DNA of 64,000 nucleotides from Candidatus Saccharimonadota bacterium (GTDB lineage Bacteria; Patescibacteriota; Saccharimonadia; CAILAD01; BJGX01): NCBI GenBank assembly GCA_016191105.1, contig JACPPH010000004.1, positions 1,230 to 65,229 of the forward strand, read 5' to 3'. Shown piece by piece: positions 57,229 to 64,000 of this stretch (position 1 is its first letter; each line of letters starts with the position of its first letter). The notes under the pieces were generated by a model. It saw only the letters and a program-made list of their open reading frames with translations, ran no database searches and was not told where the DNA came from. The position numbers and the translations under genes were made by a program.

Positions 57229-58701
57229 TTATGGAGCTTCGTTGGTGGTGGGTTTTTGGGCTTGAGCGTAATCGCTACCTAATATAACCTCAAAATCGAC
57301 AGTTGGGTTTTTAACCGGCTCGGGCGGTTGACTAACTTTTACGCCAGTGCCAACCATTTTTTCTAAATATGCAGCTGTGTTAGGCTTTTGGCCGCCGGTG
57401 TAATCGATAATCTGGGTGGCGGTGGCATCTTTACTACTGGCATTACCGACTGATTCAATAGTTACTATGTCGCCATCGGCGTCGATCCTGCTCTTGAGCT
57501 TGAGAGCCAAGCCAACCGTGGTGGTGCCGTTTTTGATTGTCGCGTTTGATTCCTCTTTCCAAACTGGGCCAAGACTGAATATGTCTTTTACAAAGGCCTG
57601 AATGTTGTCGAAGTTACCGGCCACTGGTAACAAGTCAGAGCTGTATGGATCTTGCTTTAAAAACCCGTTAGGTTTGGTCGAGAATACCACACTTATAAGA
57701 TCGCTGGTTTTAACATCTTTGGTAAGGTCGCGCAGACGCATCATGTTATTGAGGCTGAGATCGGTTTTTACATTGTTGCCAACGGTATTGATTAGGTTTG
57801 TAACTTTGGCCGGATTAGACAAGGTTTGTAGGCTTAGAGCCTTCTCGCGCATGGCCTGCAATACCTGTTGCTGTCGAGCAGCTCGGCCATAATCGTCGCC
57901 GCAGGTACCTTTGCGACAACGAGCATATTTGAGAGCTGTAGTGCCATCCATGCGGTAATCGCCTGGTTTTAGGTTGAAGCCACAGGTACGCCACTGGTTG
58001 TTGTCGCAGGGGTATTCTGGATCGCTCAAGCTATCATTATTTCGTATGTCTACGCCGCCTACGGCATCAACAGCTTGTTTGAGGCCAGTAAAATTAGCAG
58101 TAACGTAATATTGGATAGGAATGCCTAGAGTTTCGCTTACGGTCTGCTCGGCTAGTTGTGGCCCACCGTAGGAGTTGGCTTGGTTTATTTTGGCATAGCC
58201 TTGGCCAGGTATATAAACTCGGGTGTCACGCGGAATGCTTATGAGCGAAACCTGCACAGGGTTGGATTTGGTATTAACGCTCATAACCATATTGGTGTCA
58301 CTGAGTTGTTCACCATCGTGTCCAGGGTCGCCAACACCGAGTAGCAAAATGTTTACCCGGCCCTCGTTTTCGCCCTTGAGTTTACCAAAATTAAAAGGAT
58401 TGGTTGAAATTTTGGAGACCTGAAGCAGGGCATAGATGGCATAGGCAATTGCGGCTGCCAGCAGCACCAAAAAGACGGTAAGTAGTACCTTCTTCCAACG
58501 CTTTTTCTTCTTTACGGGTTTTTCGAGGTTGTTTTTCATATCGAGCGGATCGGCCGGTTCTGTTGGGGTATCGGCTTGCACGGTCGGATCAAAAATAAAG
58601 TCGGGATCTGTTTTTTTGCCTGTCCGCCGGCTGGCGGATTTAGCCTTGTCGGCCTCGGGGTCGTAGGTAAATGAAGGCTCTGGTCGCTTTTTCTTTTTCA
58701 T
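57229..58701 (-). CDS. LCP-family (LytR-CpsA-Psr) cell-envelope phosphotransferase
   Basis: N-terminal transmembrane helix, LCP core (NILLLGVGD...SDTNMVMSV...SIPRDT) and a C-terminal LytR_C-like region. Confidence 0.8.
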   Translation of the reverse strand: MKKKKRPEPSFTYDPEADKAKSASRRTGKKTDPDFIFDPTVQADTPTEPADPLDMKNNLEKPVKKKKRWKKVLLTVFLVLLAAAIAYAIYALLQVSKISTNPFNFGKLKGENEGRVNILLLGVGDPGHDGEQLSDTNMVMSVNTKSNPVQVSLISIPRDTRVYIPGQGYAKINQANSYGGPQLAEQTVSETLGIPIQYYVTANFTGLKQAVDAVGGVDIRNNDSLSDPEYPCDNNQWRTCGFNLKPGDYRMDGTTALKYARCRKGTCGDDYGRAARQQQVLQAMREKALSLQTLSNPAKVTNLINTVGNNVKTDLSLNNMMRLRDLTKDVKTSDLISVVFSTKPNGFLKQDPYSSDLLPVAGNFDNIQAFVKDIFSLGPVWKEESNATIKNGTTTVGLALKLKSRIDADGDIVTIESVGNASSKDATATQIIDYTGGQKPNTAAYLEKMVGTGVKVSQPPEPVKNPTVDFEVILGSDYAQAQKPTTNEAP

Positions 58702-58771
58702 GTAGATTCTATTATAACGAAGAATTGCTGTAACAGTGACAGAAATAAACCGAAAACGCTAGTGGTTACTT

Positions 58772-59230
58772 TTGTTGTATACTTGGTTTATGAGTAAAAA
58801 CAGTCATCAAAAGCACGAACTTAAGAAAAAACATAGCTCCACCAATCACACCAAGCAAACTGCCGATGTCGACTACAAGGCTCACAGCTTTGCCGACATT
58901 ATTATTGTGCTGCTGATTATTGGCTTAGGTATAATCTTTATTTTGCCGTTCTATGCGTTTATGCCTTTGGCCGCCCAAATGGTGCTACTAATTTTATTCG
59001 GCACTACGATTGTGTTGTTTGCGGCCTCGCTGTGGCGCCAAAAACCAGCCAACATGGTCGTTACACACCCCCAAACGGCTGGGCACTTAGCCTACCTAGC
59101 AGCCGTGGTGGTTCTAGCGACGGTGATAATTTTGCAGATTTTAAACGGGCAGTTAGACATTTGGCTGATTGTGGTATTGGTGATTATTATGGTTGTTCGA
59201 AGTCTGCTAGTAATCTCGCACAAAGAATGA
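58772..59230 (+). CDS. Membrane protein (hypothetical)
   Basis: Four transmembrane helices. Confidence 0.45.
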   Translation: MLYTWFMSKNSHQKHELKKKHSSTNHTKQTADVDYKAHSFADIIIVLLIIGLGIIFILPFYAFMPLAAQMVLLILFGTTIVLFAASLWRQKPANMVVTHPQTAGHLAYLAAVVVLATVIILQILNGQLDIWLIVVLVIIMVVRSLLVISHKE

Positions 59231-59880
59231 AGCACATAATTCTGTATTCTCATGGTTTTGGTGTACGTAAGGATGACCGGGGTCAGTTCACAGACATTGC
59301 AAGTGCACTGCCAGATTGTGAACATGTAATGTTTGAGTATAACGATTTTGATGAGGACTCCAACACTATGACCACTACACCGATTGATGTTCAGGCAGAA
59401 ATGCTAAAGGGCAAATTCAATGAGCTGGCCAATAATAATCCTGATGCAAATATTGATCTTATTTATCACTCTCAGGGTTGTGTAGCAGCAGCCCTCTCGG
59501 GGATACCTGCAAGAAAAACCGTTTTTATAACACCTCCGCAGGTTGTTAGTTCTAACAGAGCCAAAAAATGGAAGGATAGACAAGGCGCAACCGTTGAGTC
59601 AGACGGCTCAATTATTGCCCCCCGGCGTGATGGAACCAAAACAAAAATCACCCCGGAGTTTATTAGTAGTGTTAGGGGTTTAGGCTTGGAAAAACTATAC
59701 AATGACCTCTCAAATAAAACCACACTTTATGTGTTTATTGCTAATAACGATGATGTTCTAGGCAAGACAGAGTTTGATAACTTGAAAGCCGATATTAGAC
59801 ATCTACCTGGTGATCATAACTTTAGCGGTGATGATCGAGCAGCGATGGTTAAAGCTGTTAAAGAGATAATTAGTGAATAA
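59227..59880 (+). CDS. Alpha/beta-hydrolase-fold protein
   Basis: Start at MKHIILYSHGFG. The ORF track extends further upstream across the neighbouring gene. Nucleophile elbow HSQGC. Confidence 0.55.
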   Translation: MKHIILYSHGFGVRKDDRGQFTDIASALPDCEHVMFEYNDFDEDSNTMTTTPIDVQAEMLKGKFNELANNNPDANIDLIYHSQGCVAAALSGIPARKTVFITPPQVVSSNRAKKWKDRQGATVESDGSIIAPRRDGTKTKITPEFISSVRGLGLEKLYNDLSNKTTLYVFIANNDDVLGKTEFDNLKADIRHLPGDHNFSGDDRAAMVKAVKEIISE

Positions 59881-60376
59881 GTACTGCATTACATTTGCTG
59901 GTGCACCGGGCAGTGGAAAAACACCAATTGCCCACTATTTGAGTGGGAATTTGAGCCTGCCAATCATAAGCAACGATGCAATTCGGAGTGAGGTAATTGA
60001 GGATCTTGGCCATTTTGATCAGGCCGAATACGTTCGCAGGCGCGACATACGAGCCAAAGCCGTGATCGATAAGGGGCAGCCATTTGTTTACGACTCAAGT
60101 GTAGATAGATCGTGGGACGAAAAGGCAGTGATGCTAACTTCAAAGGAGTTTAAAACTTTTGTGGTTAGTTTAGACTTGAGTCGCGATAAGCTCTACGATT
60201 TGTATACTCAGAAGAGCTATGACCAGACGGCTCATATTGATAGCTGGTTGGCTGATCATGAGGAATTTTTAAAGAAGTACTCTGGTGTTGTGAATTTGCA
60301 TATTGATGACAGTAACTTCAAAGATCGACTGGAACTGAGCCTAAAGACTGTTCAAGACTGGTTAAATAATACATAA
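59873..60376 (+). CDS. P-loop NTPase (kinase-like)
   Basis: Walker A GAPGSGKT. Confidence 0.55.
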   Translation: MNKYCITFAGAPGSGKTPIAHYLSGNLSLPIISNDAIRSEVIEDLGHFDQAEYVRRRDIRAKAVIDKGQPFVYDSSVDRSWDEKAVMLTSKEFKTFVVSLDLSRDKLYDLYTQKSYDQTAHIDSWLADHEEFLKKYSGVVNLHIDDSNFKDRLELSLKTVQDWLNNT

Positions 60377-60471
60377 GCTCTAGTTATTTGTTCATTTGTC
60401 TAGCTTGGTCTTGACTTGAGGCTTGGTGCATATATTTCAAGCGTAAGTGTTATTAAAATTGGCGCATATTA

Positions 60472-60993
60472 TTGGCTTCGATTATACTTTTAAGCATGGA
60501 CTCATTGCGCAAACTTAATAGTCACTACATACGCAGCTCAGTTTTTGGCATCGAAGACAGCCTGGTGTCGACCACTGGCTTGATTGCCGGGGTGGCGGTA
60601 GGCACAACCAATAAGAATGTGGTTATATTGGCAGGGATTGTAGCTATTGCGGTCGAAGCGTTCTCAATGGCCGCCGGTGAGTTTATATCTGAGGAAACCG
60701 AGCACGACTTAGAGCCGGGGAGTAAACAGCAAAAACCAGCCGTGGCAGGCCTAGTAATGTTTGTTTCTTACCTGTTAGCTGGCTTAATACCGCTTTTGCC
60801 AATAATCGCACTCCCGCTACCTCAAGCTCTATATGCCACAATTGTGTTTGCGGCGGCGGGGCTATTTGTGCTCGGCCTAATCAAAGGCCAGCTTACGCGC
60901 AAAACATTGATCCGGTCTGGTATAAAAGTACTTTTGATAGGCGGCATAGCCACAATCATTGGAATTGTGGTGGGGATCTTCTTTAAGGTGTAG
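60472..60993 (+). CDS. VIT1/CCC1-family (DUF125) membrane protein
   Basis: Conserved EDSLVSTTGLIAGVA and MAAGEF motifs. Confidence 0.55.
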   Translation: MASIILLSMDSLRKLNSHYIRSSVFGIEDSLVSTTGLIAGVAVGTTNKNVVILAGIVAIAVEAFSMAAGEFISEETEHDLEPGSKQQKPAVAGLVMFVSYLLAGLIPLLPIIALPLPQALYATIVFAAAGLFVLGLIKGQLTRKTLIRSGIKVLLIGGIATIIGIVVGIFFKV

Positions 60994-61687
60994 CTAGACT
61001 ATTTTTGCGTGCAATTAAGTAATAGGTTGGATTATGTGCGCTAGAGTTGTAATACATTTTCTCAAGCTTGTTAAGGAGTTGAGATTTCTCGTCGATTAGC
61101 CTGTACTCGTCAAGTCCACTTTCGCGAATAGTTTTACCTAGATTTGGTGCTGACAGTCCTGGAATAGAATTACGAATCACCACCAAGCCGTTTGGCCTAA
61201 GAACCCTTGAGACCTCCAATATCAGCCGCCCCAGGTTGTCAGTAGCTGTTTCGCTTTTTATGGAGCTTTGTCCCCCAGGGAGATGAAAGAGTTCGTTTGC
61301 AACATCGGACATAAATACCTGGTCAACAGAACTGTCTGGCAAGGGGAGGCTTGTGCCATCACCTTGCACAAAGTTTAAATTACTGTCGCGCAGCTCCTCT
61401 TTTAATGATCTTGCTACTTCTTTAAAACCATCGAGTTTTTCACGTTCATAATCTGCTCCAAAACTTTCATGATTTGCTCGCAATCTAGAAGCCTGACTAG
61501 TCTGATTTGGACTAGCTGCTTCAACACCAATGTAGTGCCTATTGCCTGCAAAGTTTAGATTACCTGCGCCTGCTACTGGCGAATCACCTGGGCCAATTTC
61601 AACAAAAGTTTGAAAATTCTGGAGCTTATCAAGCAACGCATCTTGCTCGGGTTCTGATTCTGGCGGGGGAGTAAGCTTTTCGCTCAT
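60983..61687 (-). CDS. Class I SAM-dependent methyltransferase
   Basis: Motif I VEIGPGDS and post-I/II pattern LRPNGLVVI. Confidence 0.55.
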   Translation of the reverse strand: MSEKLTPPPESEPEQDALLDKLQNFQTFVEIGPGDSPVAGAGNLNFAGNRHYIGVEAASPNQTSQASRLRANHESFGADYEREKLDGFKEVARSLKEELRDSNLNFVQGDGTSLPLPDSSVDQVFMSDVANELFHLPGGQSSIKSETATDNLGRLILEVSRVLRPNGLVVIRNSIPGLSAPNLGKTIRESGLDEYRLIDEKSQLLNKLEKMYYNSSAHNPTYYLIARKNSLATP

Positions 61688-61690
61688 TTG

Positions 61691-63019
61691 CTATCCTTTG
61701 AGTTTTTCTAGCTCTTCGCGTACCACTTTGCGATCGTCCCAAGCTTGGGACTTGCCATCGATTACGATTGACTGTTCGGCGCCCTTACCAGTTATAAATA
61801 CCAAGTCATCTTTGCGGGCTAGCTTTAGGGCTTTGCGAATGCCTTCGCGGCGATCCTCAATACAAAACAGATCTTTATCGCGCTTTTTGCCAGCTTTTTC
61901 GGCCCCTGCGGCCACGTCTTCGATTATCTTGATGGGGTCGTCTTCGTAGGGGTCAACATTGCTAACTACTACGTAATCTGCACTCTTAGCCACAATTTCG
62001 CCCATCTCAGGCCGTTTAGCTTCGTCACGACCGCCACCTTCGGCACCAAGCAGCACAATAACCTTGCTGTCTTTGTGCCTCATGGCTTTGGCGCTGTCCA
62101 CAAGCGCAGCCATACTGGCCTGATCGTGGGCGTAATCTACCAGGGTGGTAAAGTTTTGCCCGACATCTATGGGCTCCATTCGTCCAGGCACTACGTTTAG
62201 ACCATCAAAGCCTTTTTGAATCTGGCCAGGCAGCACGCCTAGCTCACGGGCAGCTGCGATAGCGCCGCCCGCGTTTATAACGTTGATCTTACCTAGAAGA
62301 TTTATATGATAGTCCACGCCCTTGATTGTAAAATCAACACCCTTGGCTCCAGACTTAATATCGGTCGCCCGGTATTCACTGGGTTGGTCAACACTAAAAA
62401 ATACCTTTTTATCACTGGGAAAGTCACTGTAGGCGGTAGCGTCTTTGGCATCTTGATTAACCACAATTAACTTGGCAATGATTTTGCCATTGAGTTTTTT
62501 ACGTCGGTTCTTGCCGAGCTGCGCGAACACACGCTTGTTGTGCTTGTGTAAAACATCCAGCCTAAAGTTGTGAGCCGCCATGAGCTCTTTGGTAACGTTA
62601 GTAAATACCAGTACATCGAAGTTAATGCCAACGTGTCGATACTGGGTCTGGCCCTCGCTCGGCACCTCCATAACGGCAAACTGGCAGCCGGCCTTTGCCA
62701 TCTGCTTGAGGTACTTTTGGGTAACGAAGGCTCCTGGTAGGGTCATATGGTGCTTGTTTAGCTCTTCTTGGCCGCCAATGCGAATATTGGCTGTGCCAAT
62801 CTGGCCAACCTTGGCACCAGTGCCGCTAAGCGCAGCCCATAGCAAATTGGCAGTAGTGGTTTTACCTTTGCTGCCAACTATACCTATTACCACCATGTGC
62901 TTGGTGGGGTTGCCGCGCATGACTCTAGCAACTTGCGATTCTCCATAATGGAAGGCATTTATAAGTGGCTTAGGCGATATTGGTCGCAGCAAGTCTTTGG
63001 CTTTTTTAACAACTTTCAT
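61691..63019 (-). CDS. Mur ligase (MurE-like UDP-MurNAc-tripeptide synthetase)
   Basis: P-loop VIGIVGSKGKTTT and Mur-ligase middle and C-terminal domain patterns. Confidence 0.75.
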   Translation of the reverse strand: MKVVKKAKDLLRPISPKPLINAFHYGESQVARVMRGNPTKHMVVIGIVGSKGKTTTANLLWAALSGTGAKVGQIGTANIRIGGQEELNKHHMTLPGAFVTQKYLKQMAKAGCQFAVMEVPSEGQTQYRHVGINFDVLVFTNVTKELMAAHNFRLDVLHKHNKRVFAQLGKNRRKKLNGKIIAKLIVVNQDAKDATAYSDFPSDKKVFFSVDQPSEYRATDIKSGAKGVDFTIKGVDYHINLLGKINVINAGGAIAAARELGVLPGQIQKGFDGLNVVPGRMEPIDVGQNFTTLVDYAHDQASMAALVDSAKAMRHKDSKVIVLLGAEGGGRDEAKRPEMGEIVAKSADYVVVSNVDPYEDDPIKIIEDVAAGAEKAGKKRDKDLFCIEDRREGIRKALKLARKDDLVFITGKGAEQSIVIDGKSQAWDDRKVVREELEKLKG

Positions 63020-63075
63020 CTAATTATTATACAACGAAGTGGCATTTTGGTTGTGTCTGCTTATAATATTAAGCA

Positions 63076-63975
63076 ATGCTCAAAATAATCTCAGCGCCAA
63101 CATCACTAGGTAGCAGTAGTCCAGGTGCCGAAAAAGCACCGGCAGTAATTCTGGGCACTAGTCTGCGAGATGGTTTGACCCATAACCACATAGAGTTTTT
63201 AGAGTTGCAGCCAGTTGAAGAGAGAAAACTAAAGGATAGTTCAAGGCTCAAGAACTACTCTAGTGTAATCGACTTTAACAAGCGGCTTTATAAACAAGCA
63301 GTGGGCGAGGTAGGTAGCAAGGACACAATGCTTACTATTGGTGGTGATCACTCAGTAAGCTACGGCAGCTTTTTTGCCAGCAAGCAGCTTTGGCCGAAAG
63401 GCTGTATTGTCTATATCGATGCCCACCCGGACTGTTTGGGTCCGGATACAACTCAGTCGCGTAATCTACACGGCTTGCAGTTGGCAACTGCCATGGGCGA
63501 CTCGCTGTACTCGGACTTTAAACTTAAAAAATTTGGCTACGACGAGGTGTTTTTGATTGGCATAAAAGACATAGACCCCCCAGAGCAAGAATATTTAGAT
63601 ACCAAAAAAATCACTTATTTTACAATGGATGACGTGATTAGCCTGGGCATAGCTGAGGTGATGGCCAAAGTTTTGCACACAATTGGTGATCGACCAGTCC
63701 ATGTTAGTCTAGATATTGACGGTATAGATGTGGCCGAAGCGCCAGGTACGGGTATAATAAATACCGGCGGCTTGAGCTATCGTGAAGCCAGCTATATTTG
63801 CCGATATTTAGCTAAGCATAAAATTCGAGCAATTGATTTGGTCGAAGTAAATCCTGATCGTGATGTGAACAACAAAACCGTTCAGTTGGGTTCGGAGTTA
63901 GTGGTAGCATTGCTAGGCGGGCAGTGGACAGCTTACAATCAATACATGGCTCTCGAATCTAAGCTTCAAGCATAG
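63076..63975 (+). CDS. Arginase/agmatinase-family ureohydrolase
   Basis: Metal-binding motifs GGDHSVS, DAHPD and SLDIDGIDV. Confidence 0.8.
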   Translation: MLKIISAPTSLGSSSPGAEKAPAVILGTSLRDGLTHNHIEFLELQPVEERKLKDSSRLKNYSSVIDFNKRLYKQAVGEVGSKDTMLTIGGDHSVSYGSFFASKQLWPKGCIVYIDAHPDCLGPDTTQSRNLHGLQLATAMGDSLYSDFKLKKFGYDEVFLIGIKDIDPPEQEYLDTKKITYFTMDDVISLGIAEVMAKVLHTIGDRPVHVSLDIDGIDVAEAPGTGIINTGGLSYREASYICRYLAKHKIRAIDLVEVNPDRDVNNKTVQLGSELVVALLGGQWTAYNQYMALESKLQA

Positions 63976-64000
63976 CCATTTTACTCTGAAATTGTTATAC

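Overview
This 64-kb window looks like a chromosomal segment from a small-genome bacterium, possibly a Patescibacteria/CPR (Saccharibacteria-like) lineage. That guess rests on two tandem FemAB genes, an LCP protein, a membrane-fused spermidine synthase, many Nudix genes and a MurE-like ligase; it is not a database hit. I call about 75 CDS on both strands and four tRNAs (Ser-TGA, Ser-GCT, Arg-GCG, Ser-CGA). I found no rRNA and no CRISPR array. TGA is used as a stop codon (for example 24296-24298), so the genetic code is standard.

Recognisable housekeeping genes include tsaD, valS, rarA, msrA, msrB, tldD/pmbA and tyrA-like. Recognisable loci include a copper-homeostasis cluster (TRASH protein, P1B ATPase, His-rich membrane protein, MacB-like ABC pair) and a membrane-lipid/redox cluster (ICMT-like methyltransferase, FAD oxidase, NDH-2, degenerate and intact cyclopropane-fatty-acid synthases, UbiB kinase, fatty-acid hydroxylase).

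Base composition is mosaic by eye: a roughly 45% GC backbone is interrupted by many islands of about 55-60% GC that carry genes of unknown or apparently foreign origin.

The most unusual features are:
- A four-copy, modular, GC-rich intergenic repeat family (about 210-410 bp, both orientations, modules rearranged between copies).
- A conserved structured trailer downstream of two tRNA-Ser genes, one copy ending in an 18-nt duplicate of the tRNA 3' end.
- A GC-rich island of five tandem micro-ORFs (two are a transmembrane helix plus zinc ribbon).
- A gene insertion flanked by 47-bp direct repeats.

Every call below is from reading the sequence and the ORF translations only; no searches were run.
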